From a virus (lineage: Duplodnaviria > Heunggongvirae > Uroviricota > Caudoviricetes), in the IMG/VR virus record IMGVR_UViG_2687453319_000001: 37,753 nucleotides of DNA. The stretch is one strand, 5' to 3'. Both the position numbers and the translations under genes were made by a program. The notes under the pieces are model-generated. The model had not been told where the DNA came from, ran no database searches, and saw nothing but the letters and a program-made list of their open reading frames with translations. Shown one piece after another: positions 19,420 through 28,978 of the stretch. How positions within the stretch are numbered: the stretch's first letter is position 1; the number at the start of each line of letters is the position of its first letter.

Positions 19420-19878
19420 TCAGCGACGGGCCGCTGATTCAAGATGGCGGACAATGGTATCGAGGATGGGGATTACCACTTCAGGCTGTAGTTCTCCATC
19501 CCCCGTCACCGGCAGGAACGGGCGGGCCGGAAGTTCAACAGACTCATTACGCCCCGTTTTACCCCCGAACTGGTGAATGGCACCGTAAACAACGTTGGTC
19601 CCCACAACAGCCTGCCGGTCGTCATGGTCGGTTGATACTGACCCCATCAGACGCCCGGTATCCTGCAGTGTCTGCCCGTCACGTTCTTCCGCTGCCAGCG
19701 AGGGGATCCACCCCGGACGCCCCTCATCAAGAAAGTTAAACTGTGTTTCCGCCAGCAGGGTTCCGGCGATTTTGCGCATCGCGGGCTCCAGGTCTGTGGC
19801 AGCAAGATCCAGCGCACGGAGGCTCCGGCGCAGGGATTTATCGTTAATGGTGATACTGACCAGGTTATCGGAAGCCAT
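19420..19878 (-). CDS. Virion morphogenesis protein (Mu gpG-like)
   Basis: 152 aa downstream of the F-like gene; position and size. Confidence 0.65.
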   Translation of the reverse strand: MASDNLVSITINDKSLRRSLRALDLAATDLEPAMRKIAGTLLAETQFNFLDEGRPGWIPSLAAEERDGQTLQDTGRLMGSVSTDHDDRQAVVGTNVVYGAIHQFGGKTGRNESVELPARPFLPVTGDGELQPEVVIPILDTIVRHLESAARR

Positions 19879-19880
19879 TG

Positions 19881-20701
19881 TTATCCTCTCAGTTCCTGTT
19901 GTGCCAGTGGCTGAAGCGTACCCTGATAGCGGGCCAGGTCGGGACGGTATGCTGCCCCCGGTGCATAAGACCAGCCGACGTCGGTGGTCACCTTCGTGGT
20001 GCCGGTATTAAAGGTGGCCACGTTCCGCATTTCGCCGGTTTTCTCTGAGACCAGTTTCAGTTCCTGGCCCATGGCAGAGCCGGAGCTGATAACCTTCAGG
20101 CCACGGGCACGTACATCCGCCGCACTCAGGGCAATCACACTACAGCGGCAGCGCCAGCCGTTCGGCGGGTAAAATGCCTGCCAGAACGGGTCATCCCAGC
20201 GCAGCACCAGACCATGCAGCGCCAGATGGCTCCTGCGGGTATGGCTGTCGTTGATGCCGGTATACATCCAGTACGGCCTGTCGTCGACGTTTTCCATCTG
20301 TTCCGCCCAACGACCGGCGCTGTAGAGTACGGACATATTGGTGCGAAAGATGGTATCGAGCCGCCACGGACTGCCCTGCTGAATGGTGACCGGCTTACCC
20401 GTTACCGGGTCAGTCGTGTCACGTGGTCCCCACCATCCCTTACGCTTCAGCACCGGCTCCAGCTCCTGCCGGAACCAGCGATCGGTTTTTCCTTCATCGA
20501 CAGCCTGCTGCAGTGCCCGCGAATATCTTCCAGGATATCCAGGCGGGTCACTTTAGCAACGGTAAAGGCGCGGGCATGGGCCTCCTGCCACATTTCTTCC
20601 CAGTCCCAGGTAATCTGATACCCTTTGGACTTCAGGTAACTGACTGCCCGCTTCGGGGGAAGCGTCATGCAGTACGCCAGTTCAGCCGTTGTCACGCTCA
20701 T
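19881..20701 (-). CDS. Head morphogenesis protein (Mu gpF / SPP1 gp7-like), apparent frameshift
   Basis: Two ORFs (...TVAKVTRLDILEDIRG and ALQQAVDEGKTDRWFRQELEPVLKRKGWWGPRD...) join if the C3 run at 20516-20518 were C4; start (20701 or 20728) overlaps the portal gene end. Confidence 0.75.
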
Positions 20702-22178
20702 GCAGACGTCCCCGGATATTTGCCACAAAGAGAATACGGGCCAGCCGTTCCTGCAGATCGTCCGTGTTCATCTGAGGGTAGAGCTCCGCCAGTTCGCCCA
20801 GCAGCTCAGTCGGGTTAACCCCGTTTTCGACCCGCTTAAACAGAGGTGCCAGGACGGGTTCCAGCGTGCCATTTAACACACCTCCGTTCATCAGAATGTC
20901 CAGCGCGTCGTCAAGCTGCTGCTGAGCCTGAATATCGGCATCAATCGCCTCGGCAAATGACAGCGGCAGCATGTTATTCTGGCGTTCCGACGGTGATGTC
21001 TCGTCAATATCGCCGTCCTGCAGTTGGTACTCACGCTTAAAGTATTGCGGGGTCAGACGCAGACCCGCCCGGGTGAGTTTTTCGTCGCGGGTGGCGCGGG
21101 TGTCATCAATGGTCTCCTGTTCCCACATGGCCCAGACCGGACACGGCACATCGCCGAAGTTCAGGGTGACCACCGTTCTGATAACCTGATTCACTGCTGC
21201 CTGAATGATGTCCGCATCCGCATCGCGGATATCAGCCGTTACCTCCAGCCCGGCCTGTGCAGAGGCCTTGTTACTGTTCGCTTCCGTGGTCTGATTCTGA
21301 CCAAGTAATGCAATGGAGATCTCACTGCGTGACAGTGTGATCAGCTCGCGGAATACCTCGCTGCTGTCCGCCTTACCATCCGCGGCTTTGAGTTCGATGC
21401 TGCTGTCATCGGGGATGGTGGCCACCGCGTCCTCCACCATCTGCTCCATGGAGTCCAGCAGTTTTTCAATCTCTGCATCATTTGCACCCCTCGGGTGCTT
21501 ACCGATCACCCACGGGGAGCCAAACTTTTCGGCAAAGCGGAGCCAGAATTTCATCCCGCCTTTCTTGAAGGCGACCGGCCAGAAGCACATGGACAGGTCC
21601 GGGAAACCGTAAGGATTGTCATACGAGGCATCCTGTGCCGGCACCACGAATTTTGACGGTGACAGCAGCTCACCCTCCACACCCGCATCACGCGCCCGGA
21701 AGCGCAGGCAGTTGTCCGTATCAAACTGAAACCACTCAGGCGGTTTGCCGACAATATCCGTCACTGCCCACGCCCTGACCGAACGGCCCCACATGATTTC
21801 ACAGGGCTGATACCCGTAGAGCACGGCATCACTCATCTCACCGATGATGCGGGACAGATCCAGATCGTCGAGCATGTCGCGGATGAAACGGAAGACCCGG
21901 GCAGAAGCGTGACCGCGCTCCAGTCCACGCTCCAGTGATTTGAGCGCTGCTTTACGTCTGCGGATACAGCCCCCAACCAGCGGGTCGGTGCGCAGTTCGC
22001 GGTAGATACGGATATCCCGTCCCTGAGCCTTGAGAATGGGATCAGGATTGGGCAGATACATGCCCAGTCCGTAAAAGTCGATCGCGCGGCTGCGGGAGGC
22101 AATCTGCGCGGTCAGTGATTTCTGAGGCTCAGAAAAAGCAACAAATTCATCGGGTGAAACCCAGATACCCCTCGCCAT
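20682..22178 (-). CDS. Portal protein (Mu gp29-like)
   Basis: 498 aa directly downstream of the large terminase, ATG overlapping its stop (TGATGG). Confidence 0.8.
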   Translation of the reverse strand: MARGIWVSPDEFVAFSEPQKSLTAQIASRSRAIDFYGLGMYLPNPDPILKAQGRDIRIYRELRTDPLVGGCIRRRKAALKSLERGLERGHASARVFRFIRDMLDDLDLSRIIGEMSDAVLYGYQPCEIMWGRSVRAWAVTDIVGKPPEWFQFDTDNCLRFRARDAGVEGELLSPSKFVVPAQDASYDNPYGFPDLSMCFWPVAFKKGGMKFWLRFAEKFGSPWVIGKHPRGANDAEIEKLLDSMEQMVEDAVATIPDDSSIELKAADGKADSSEVFRELITLSRSEISIALLGQNQTTEANSNKASAQAGLEVTADIRDADADIIQAAVNQVIRTVVTLNFGDVPCPVWAMWEQETIDDTRATRDEKLTRAGLRLTPQYFKREYQLQDGDIDETSPSERQNNMLPLSFAEAIDADIQAQQQLDDALDILMNGGVLNGTLEPVLAPLFKRVENGVNPTELLGELAELYPQMNTDDLQERLARILFVANIRGRLHERDNG

Positions 22179-23772
22179 CAGAATCCCTCCAGCATACGGG
22201 CCGCCTGACGACGACGGCGTGAGCTTGCCTTCACCGGCCCTTTGTTAATTTCACGGCTGGCGAAATACGCCAGCGCCAGTGCGATGGCTGAATCCCCGTG
22301 GCGTTTACCACCGTCAGCCTTTGCTTTTGAGCGTTGCTCCGGTACGCGGGGACACCGTTCACCACCTGAACGGCCCGCAGGTCATCCAGTGTGTCTTCAT
22401 CCTTTGGTAAGTCCACCAGGTTACCGTCTTCCAGTGCAGCTTTGACCGGAGGCATATGCTCCCGGTACCAGCCTTCGGTTGGCATCACCTGCTGAACCCG
22501 GCCGGAGCCGTAGCGCTGCATGGCGTATTCAGCCAGATAGGCACCATTACCACGGGCATCAAACGCTGCACCCAGCAGACCGGGCAGGCCATCCATCAGA
22601 TACCAGGTGATTTGCTCCTGCTGTCTGAACGGCACGTTACGCAGCTCCAGTACGAATGGCACGCGTCGTACCAGGTTCTTCTCCTGCAGCAGGGGATAGT
22701 CCACCGACAAATCACCGCTACGGCCAAAGTCGCGCCCCAGGAAAGAGCGGGCATCAGTGGGGAGTGCCTCCAGCAAGGGTTTCAGATACTCATCAAGCCA
22801 GTCCTGCGTCTCGCGGAAGCGAACCTCATCAGACAGCAGTTCATAACCTTCCTTGCAGGTCAGACGCAATACCGGCGTATCAGCGGACATGCGGGACTCT
22901 ATCAGGGCACGGGACAGCCAGGCACCGCCACCGTTGGCCGGAATACAGTCAAGCTCTTCGGATGCGCCGGCACCGTAGAATTTGTACACCGATGCCATCC
23001 AGGCCTGCTCGGATGCCTCCGACCATTCCTTCCCGGTGCGCAGACAGACGCGCCGGAACAGCCCCTCAGATACGGCTTCCCGGAAAGTGATGCGATGTAT
23101 GCTGCCTCCCTGACGTCCGGCACGGATATCCCCGATAAGCGTATTGAACGGATTGTCGTCACCGTCATGGGTGGAGATAACGCGTACCTTTCCCCCCCAG
23201 ATAAGCATCGCCAGCGCCGCTTTCAGCAGTTCGTCCAGTTGCTCATGGAACGCCGCTTCGTCGATAACAATAATACCCTGACGGCCACGCAGGTTAGACG
23301 GGCGGCTGGAGAGCGCAACAATACGAAAGCCGGAGTCAGGAAATTTGATGGTGTAAGTCCTGATGTGTTTGTCGTCGTCGTCCTCTTCCCAGAATCCTTC
23401 TTCAATTTCACTGGCCGCATAGTTGAATGCCCGTGCCCACATCGCACACGCCTGAATGTATTCGACGGTCATGTCCTGGTTATAAGCGATGTAATACACA
23501 TTCATCCCGCCTGCTGGCGCAGAAGAGGCGGCGGTCAGTACGTTATCGGATGCCTCAGCCCATGTAATACCGGTACGACGGCTCTTTTCTATCACCTTAA
23601 GCGGAGAGGTGTCTGCCACCCAGCGCTGCTGGTAAGGCAACAGAACGGGAGGAGCATCCAGCGCCGAGGTATCAGGCAAAACGGGAGCAAGGTTATTCCT
23701 CCCGTCCATGGGACTCATCCCTTCGGGGCCACCGCCAGCGGCGTTTAAAATCACTCCGGATGATTTTGTCAT
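22178..23772 (-). CDS. Terminase large subunit (Mu gp28-like), apparent frameshift near the 3' end
   Basis: 513-aa ORF with an acidic ATPase region (VIDEAAFH Walker B-like). The last ~35 codons (...GKRHGDSAIALALAYFASREINKGPV...MLEGF) are in another frame ending at the portal start; break lies near 22318-22360. Confidence 0.8.
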
Positions 23773-24314
23773 GTGGCAATCCCCAGAATCTCGCGACGAA
23801 GCGCCTGTACTGCGTCGCTTGACAGTCCCCCCTTACGGGCAATTTTCTCGGCGTTGCTGGCTGCCTGCTGCGCTCTGGCCCGTACTTCAGACTGGAACTT
23901 TTTGAGGTTGACGGACGCGCGGGACAGCGTAGCCACATTCTTCGCCACCTTCGACAGCAGGGCCACGCGTTCTTTAGGATCGACTTCGCCTTCTTCCGCC
24001 TCCTGCAACTGGACAATACTCTCGAACAGCTCGGTCTGAATAAGGGCTATCACAGCCTCCGAACGCGCATCCTGATCGTCTGCTGCGCCTTCGGTCAGCA
24101 TGCGGGCCGCTTCTGTTGCCGCACGGATAGCACCATAGCGGCGCTCAATCTTCTGTCCATAGCGATGGATAGCGGATTTGCTGATGACGTACCCCCGCTC
24201 ACGCAGCAGGGACTCCAGCTCGTTATACCCGCTGAAGCCGGATTCAGTCAGCGCCCGTTCAAGCCAGCGGCGCACATCTTCCGGCAGCTTTTCTATTGTG
24301 CTGCGTCTGGCCAT
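23769..24314 (-). CDS. Putative terminase small subunit / DNA-binding protein (Mu gp27-like)
   Basis: 181 aa with basic N-terminus (MARRSTIEKLPEDVRRWLERAL...) immediately upstream of TerL with overlapping ATGA. Confidence 0.55.
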   Translation of the reverse strand: MARRSTIEKLPEDVRRWLERALTESGFSGYNELESLLRERGYVISKSAIHRYGQKIERRYGAIRAATEAARMLTEGAADDQDARSEAVIALIQTELFESIVQLQEAEEGEVDPKERVALLSKVAKNVATLSRASVNLKKFQSEVRARAQQAASNAEKIARKGGLSSDAVQALRREILGIAT

Positions 24315-24625
24315 TATTCACTCCAGTACTTTTCCGGGCGGGCAATACCCGGACCACATTCCACGGTGTATTCCACCAGGTCTACGCCGAGGCGGGTCAG
24401 GTCAGCAAACCAGTCGCCAGAAGGTTTTTTCTCCAGATCAACCATTTTACGGTCAGCCAGATAATCCAGTTCGCGGCGCAGTTCCAGCGGTGTGGTGTCC
24501 GGGTAGATGGCACGGGACACATCCAGCAGCAGCGTCTCGCTGGCGGTGTAAGGGCGGGTCTTGTTCAGGGCAACCAGCAGACTCCAGCGCAGGGATTCGC
24601 GGCGTACCCGGGTAATATCGACCAT
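24314..24625 (-). CDS. Hypothetical protein (Mu gp26 position)
   Basis: 103-aa ORF, translationally coupled. Confidence 0.4.
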   Translation of the reverse strand: MVDITRVRRESLRWSLLVALNKTRPYTASETLLLDVSRAIYPDTTPLELRRELDYLADRKMVDLEKKPSGDWFADLTRLGVDLVEYTVECGPGIARPEKYWSE

Positions 24626-24951
24626 TATTGACCTCCGGTATTGCGGTACTGCTGTACCACTTCCAGTTTGTTATAAAGCGCGTCCAGTTTGGCCTCAATG
24701 ACTGTCTGGCCACGGATATAATCCTCTCGACGGACATAATTCAGCGGTAAATCCGCTTTAAATCGCATAAATTCTTTTTCCAGCTCGCCCCAGTTGGAGG
24801 CGGATTGTTGCAGGGCCTGTTCAAGGGAGGCGAATCGTGCCGCCTGGCGTTCTTCTGTTTTACTGAACAACCATTTGGCGAGCCCTCCCACAAACCCCAT
24901 GAAGGTGAGCAGAAAACTCACCACCGTCCAGAATTCAACCTGCAGTGTCAT
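24625..24951 (-). CDS. Small membrane protein (Mu gp25 position, lysis-associated candidate)
   Basis: 108 aa with one N-terminal TM segment (FWTVVSFLLTFMGFVGGLAKWLF). Confidence 0.45.
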   Translation of the reverse strand: MTLQVEFWTVVSFLLTFMGFVGGLAKWLFSKTEERQAARFASLEQALQQSASNWGELEKEFMRFKADLPLNYVRREDYIRGQTVIEAKLDALYNKLEVVQQYRNTGGQ

Positions 24952-25598
24952 TTCTGTAATCCTTCCCGTTCATCCAGTAACGCGTTTATCTGGTTCCGCC
25001 AGCGACGACATTGTCCTGCGTTGTCGATGATGTTGGCGAGAACGTCACGCTGGGAGACACCCGAATCGCGTAACCGGGTGTCAGTGGTTTCAGGTTGCCC
25101 GGTCGCTGTGCCAGAGCGGGTGCCAGCGGCGGCAACTGAGTCTGAATGACCGGTGTCGACGGATGCGTTGTCATATCCGAGTGCGGCGTTGTACTGGCGC
25201 ACGAAACCGCGAGTAAACACGCACTCAATGGGATGGCTCTTACCTTTTTCATCAATCCAGCGCTGTGTGACATCGTTAATTTGCCCCTGTAGTTGTTTAT
25301 TCCGGCTCTCCAGTTGAGCAATCTGCTCAAGATAACCGGCTTCAGCCCGCTGCCCGGCGGCCACCTGCTCCTGATACCGTCTGGCCCAGGCCCGCAGCGC
25401 AGCATTCTCAAGCGTTGCCTGCTCCGTTTTGTACGCGTCAAATGCTGACTGCAACTGACTGAGCGCGGTATCACCGTCACGCTTTGCAGAGTCATGACCA
25501 CTTCTGTATCCCATGGCATACAGGCCGACCAGAAAGGCATTGATAAGAATGGCCAGCAGAATGCCGCGCCACGGCAGCTTTTTAACCAGATGCCACAC
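24948..25598 (-). CDS. i-spanin (Rz-like); start uncertain
   Basis: N-terminal TM (ILLAILINAFLVGLYAMGY) then coiled-coil-rich periplasmic domain; follows the endolysin; a GTG at 25598 is a plausible start. Confidence 0.55.
   Translation of the reverse strand: MWHLVKKLPWRGILLAILINAFLVGLYAMGYRSGHDSAKRDGDTALSQLQSAFDAYKTEQATLENAALRAWARRYQEQVAAGQRAEAGYLEQIAQLESRNKQLQGQINDVTQRWIDEKGKSHPIECVFTRGFVRQYNAALGYDNASVDTGHSDSVAAAGTRSGTATGQPETTDTRLRDSGVSQRDVLANIIDNAGQCRRWRNQINALLDEREGLQK
24986..25252 (-). CDS. o-spanin (Rz1-like lipoprotein) embedded in the i-spanin gene in another frame
   Basis: MKKVRAIPLSACLLAVSCAS... with a lipobox-like LAVSC followed by a Pro/Thr-rich region; fully nested within the Rz-like ORF. 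Confidence 0.5.
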   Translation of the reverse strand: MKKVRAIPLSACLLAVSCASTTPHSDMTTHPSTPVIQTQLPPLAPALAQRPGNLKPLTPGYAIRVSPSVTFSPTSSTTQDNVVAGGTR

Positions 25599-26322
25599 AA
25601 CTGCTGCCTCCCCATGTGAGATATCGCGGTGCCAGTTCGCGCAGGATGCGCTGCGGATAATGGCGGTTCTCCCGCCAGCTGGCCGCATTGCGTCCGGCAT
25701 TCACCGTGGCGACATGTCCGAACCAGCGGGTGCTGTCCAGACCTTTCTGTGATGCAAGCCGCCTGTCCCGTTGTACCCAGCCCAGACCACCGTTATAGCC
25801 CGACAGTGTCATGGCCATACGCTCGCAGTCACTGGCGGCGCTGACACGCTGCCACAGCCAGCGGTCATAGCTGACCAGCGCCCGGATAGCCCATGCCGGA
25901 TTAAACGGCTCACGACTGCTCAGCATCGGTATCAACTGGCTTATCCAGTCGGCAGTGGCAGGCATGAACTGCGCCAGTCCCTGAGCGCCAGCCGGCGAGA
26001 TCGCATCAGGTCGCCAGCCGCTTTCCTGATGCAGTTGCGCGGCGAAATCGGCCACCGGCGCAGACAGTCCCCATTCAAGCCGGGCATTACGGATCACATC
26101 ATCGCGATACTGCAGCGCAGCCTGCGGAGGTTGTGCTGCGCATGCCTGGCTAAAAAAGCCGCCACACCAGAGCAACATTGCGACAAAGAATACCCATGCC
26201 ATATGAACCAGAAAGGTCCCGGCGCGGACTGACAGGCGTTCGGTTCTGATGAAGACCCGAAAGGCTTCGAAAGCCAGTTTCAGGGACATGCATACAATCC
26301 AGGTGATCTGCGGCCAGTTCAT
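25582..26322 (-). CDS. Endolysin: lytic transglycosylase (SLT domain) with N-terminal hydrophobic/signal region
   Basis: SLT catalytic region ...AQLHQESGWRPDAISPAGAQGLAQFMPATADWI...; hydrophobic N-terminus (second Met at 26202 starts a signal-peptide-like segment MAWVFFVAMLLWCGGFFSQACAAQ). Confidence 0.85.
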   Translation of the reverse strand: MNWPQITWIVCMSLKLAFEAFRVFIRTERLSVRAGTFLVHMAWVFFVAMLLWCGGFFSQACAAQPPQAALQYRDDVIRNARLEWGLSAPVADFAAQLHQESGWRPDAISPAGAQGLAQFMPATADWISQLIPMLSSREPFNPAWAIRALVSYDRWLWQRVSAASDCERMAMTLSGYNGGLGWVQRDRRLASQKGLDSTRWFGHVATVNAGRNAASWRENRHYPQRILRELAPRYLTWGGSSCVASG

Positions 26323-26324
26323 GA

Positions 26325-26675
26325 TTAAAGCCCCATCGCAACAGCCAGGCAGACCGCTGCAACAATCAGTGCACGGCGGATTAACGCAGCAGAAAACACC
26401 AGGTGAAGGCCGGTCTGTACCGGGAAACGCCCTTCAGCCATCAGCCTGTCGTCATGTTTCAGGTACTGACCGGGACGGGCTTTGGGGAAGAGCGAACGGT
26501 CAAGCCAGTAACCCAGCACTGCTGCCAGCGTGATGAGTGCCAGCTTGTAGATCACAACAGGCAGCTGCTGTGGTGAGACCAGAGCGATGGTGCCCAGCAA
26601 CAGCACTGAGGTCAGCAGCCAGCCGCTGAGGCGAGGTTTTTTAACAGGGGGAATGAATTTTTTCAGGTTTTTCAT
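26325..26675 (-). CDS. Membrane protein, holin candidate
   Basis: Likely start at 26675 with AAGGAG RBS; about three predicted TM segments; first gene of the lysis cassette. Confidence 0.45.
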   Translation of the reverse strand: MKNLKKFIPPVKKPRLSGWLLTSVLLLGTIALVSPQQLPVVIYKLALITLAAVLGYWLDRSLFPKARPGQYLKHDDRLMAEGRFPVQTGLHLVFSAALIRRALIVAAVCLAVAMGL

Positions 26676-26805
26676 GTGTGTCTCCTTATCTGGTGGAGAC
26701 AGCATCACAAATACAGGGCGCGAAGGATTTTAAAGCGCGTTAAGAGAGCCGGGGATACGGGATGTGCAGGATAAACGATGAATTATTCACAGAGGAGAAT
26801 ACGAT

Positions 26806-27282
26806 ATGACGCACACACTGAATCCGGTCATCACTGTCACTGTGTCCGGTCCTGTGGGCAGCGGTAAAAGTTACGTACTGGCGCGGATAGAAGAGATGGT
26901 GAAACAGGAACTCGGAAACAGCGTCATTGTCGATGCTGCTGACGTGGAGAATGAGCGCCGTATGAATGGCGAAGATCTGACGACCTGGCAGAAGCCACGG
27001 GGTGGCACAGTGATCAGGCTGGAGGAATACACGGGACAGGGCCTGTTGTCATACGGCGAGGAGCGTATCTGTCGGACGAATGAGCTGCTGGATGTTATAT
27101 GCCCCACGGGCCGGCAACCCTGGATACTGCCCGATGCACTGCATGCCACCATTGCGGCACTGATGACAGTTTACGATCAGGAGCTGCTCATGAAGGAGTT
27201 ACGTAAACTCACCGGTCAGCCAACAGAATGTTGTTCGTCTCCGAAGTACGGCAAACAGGAAAACGCCCCGGATAATCCTTAA
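26806..27282 (+). CDS. Small P-loop NTPase of unknown function (accessory gene)
   Basis: 158 aa, AGGAG RBS; Walker A GPVGSGKS and possible Walker B VIVDAAD; only + strand gene in the late half; convergent with the repressor operon. Confidence 0.5.
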   Translation: MTHTLNPVITVTVSGPVGSGKSYVLARIEEMVKQELGNSVIVDAADVENERRMNGEDLTTWQKPRGGTVIRLEEYTGQGLLSYGEERICRTNELLDVICPTGRQPWILPDALHATIAALMTVYDQELLMKELRKLTGQPTECCSSPKYGKQENAPDNP

Positions 27283-27301
27283 GATACCTCCTGAACAGAA
27301 A

Positions 27302-27317
27302 CAGCCCTGAAGGGCTG
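27302..27317 (-). terminator. Hairpin (CAGCCC-tgaa-GGGCTG) between convergent genes; putative terminator of the repressor operon
   Basis: Perfect 6-bp stem directly after the stop of the 27320..27910 gene, T-rich tract adjacent on the minus strand. Confidence 0.35.
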
Positions 27318-27319
27318 CA

Positions 27320-27910
27320 CTAAAAAAAGAAGTGTATTATTGCCCAAACAGCTATAACGATGATTCCCAGCCCAAGAGCCGATTCTAACTTATCTTTGGC
27401 AGTCATTTTTACTGTTGTAGCGGGCGCAGGTAAGTCTTGCTGCTGTGGATTTTCTGTTAGTTGTTTACGAGAAGAAACATCGCCCCTGTTAGTTTGCTTC
27501 ATGTTGATTACAGATGCGTTATGGGCATTATCAGCAGCAATTGACTGAAGTTTTACAAAAGTTTTTGAATCTGTTTTAGCCAGAAGTAACCTATTTCCCG
27601 TAAACATTGCCTTAAAAGTGATAGTTTTTTTCGTCTTGTCCGCCGCACCAAGCAAACCTCCAATGACCAACCCTGCACCACCAAAGATTAATCCACCAAG
27701 CAAACCTGCGCCTGCCGCCTTACCTATACGGCTTTCCTCTTCACTATCCGCAAGTTCAATCGATAAAAGCTCTTCTTTCAGATTTAATACAATATTTTCA
27801 GGAAAGCCTTGTTTTGGTTTTTTGGCAAACACGATGGTACCGAACCCCATGCTTGCCCACCCTTTAGGAAAACTTCCTGCGATAACCTGAATCCCTGCCA
27901 TGTTCATCAC
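27320..27910 (-). CDS. Accessory membrane protein Y: glycine-zipper TM plus C-terminal TM (candidate exclusion/abortive-infection effector)
   Basis: 196 aa (start possibly at 27901, RBS AAGGTG); GKAAGAGLLGGLIFGGAGLVIGGLLGA glycine-zipper segment and C-terminal LGLGIIVIAVWAIIHFFF; last gene of the repressor operon. Confidence 0.5.
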   Translation of the reverse strand: MMNMAGIQVIAGSFPKGWASMGFGTIVFAKKPKQGFPENIVLNLKEELLSIELADSEEESRIGKAAGAGLLGGLIFGGAGLVIGGLLGAADKTKKTITFKAMFTGNRLLLAKTDSKTFVKLQSIAADNAHNASVINMKQTNRGDVSSRKQLTENPQQQDLPAPATTVKMTAKDKLESALGLGIIVIAVWAIIHFFF

Positions 27911-27991
27911 CTTTTACATTAAAATTTCAGAACGCAGCATGATGCCGCCTTTGTCTTTTTTCTGATCCCATGGTAATTCAGCTGTTATTTT

Positions 27992-28978
27992 CTATTTAAG
28001 AATAAAACGGTATTTACTGTCAGGAGTGCTTTGCTGATCAAGTAGCAGTGAACGACATGGAGCAGTCAAAACCCGAGCATAACTACCATCAGGGCTTATG
28101 TTAATGTAACAAACCTTGCCCTTAACACTATAATTTTCGGGGACGGATGCCTTTGCTGATACAGTAAATTTAAGGGTATGCCAGCCCGTTTTTTGCTTGT
28201 AGCTTGAAACCGAATGGAAATCATCTGAGTACTTATTTAACCCTGGAAACATGCTGCGCAGTGCGGGGATGGAATCTTCTATTATTTTATCGTTGGTTTT
28301 AATGTTAAAAACGCTGGTTTCAGTAGAAGCTACTGCTTTGGCATTTCCCCATTTACCAGCGAACACAATCATTCCCACGAAAAATATTGCTACAAGAACT
28401 AACACTCCCCCCAACACTACTACATGAGGCTTCCGGCTTCTGGTTGGTACAGTTGCGACTGATTTTGCACCGCTTTCCGATGGAGGTGATAGAGTTTTAC
28501 TCTCATCACGAATATTCAGCAGATCATCAAAATAACCAAACACAGCCTGCAACTGCTCTTTGTCTAGGCCTTTAAGATGGGTTGTACCGAAATGCTTCAG
28601 ACAGTATCTGTCACGGTCAAGACGATACCCAGGGTCAGTAAGCGCCATTATTTTGCTGACCAGAAGATTACAGTCCTTCATATTCTGGATCTGTTGTGCA
28701 TATCTCTGAAGGATCTCAACCGCACCATGATAATCAGCCGCAGTCATTTCATTAACTGTTTTGGTATTAAGTTTCGTGTGGATCGTCATCCATAGCTCGC
28801 GCTTACTTTCCCCCAGATCAACCAATTCATCCATCAATCTGTGTAAATCGCGTTTTTGCAGCAACGAAATTGGTTGCTGGGCCGAAGGAAGTATGTCAGC
28901 AGAATAGTTATGAATGGTAACATCACCGCTGACAACGTTACCCACATCCCCGTTAACTGTTTGCTTCTCTTTACTCAT
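27992..28978 (-). CDS. Accessory protein X: cytoplasmic N-domain, single TM, periplasmic C-domain (candidate sensor of a Rex-like module)
   Basis: 328 aa; start overlaps the repressor stop; TM HVVVLGGVLVLVAIFFVGMIVFAG; N-terminal motif GDVGNVVSGDVTI resembles the repressor C-terminal HGDVLGNVIKGNVTI. Confidence 0.5.
   Translation of the reverse strand: MSKEKQTVNGDVGNVVSGDVTIHNYSADILPSAQQPISLLQKRDLHRLMDELVDLGESKRELWMTIHTKLNTKTVNEMTAADYHGAVEILQRYAQQIQNMKDCNLLVSKIMALTDPGYRLDRDRYCLKHFGTTHLKGLDKEQLQAVFGYFDDLLNIRDESKTLSPPSESGAKSVATVPTRSRKPHVVVLGGVLVLVAIFFVGMIVFAGKWGNAKAVASTETSVFNIKTNDKIIEDSIPALRSMFPGLNKYSDDFHSVSSYKQKTGWHTLKFTVSAKASVPENYSVKGKVCYINISPDGSYARVLTAPCRSLLLDQQSTPDSKYRFILK

Noticed and set aside
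22456-23748. 430-aa + strand ORF
   Set aside because: Entirely antisense to the large terminase gene; open by chance in GC-rich sequence; composition not protein-like (Arg/Gly/Pro-rich).
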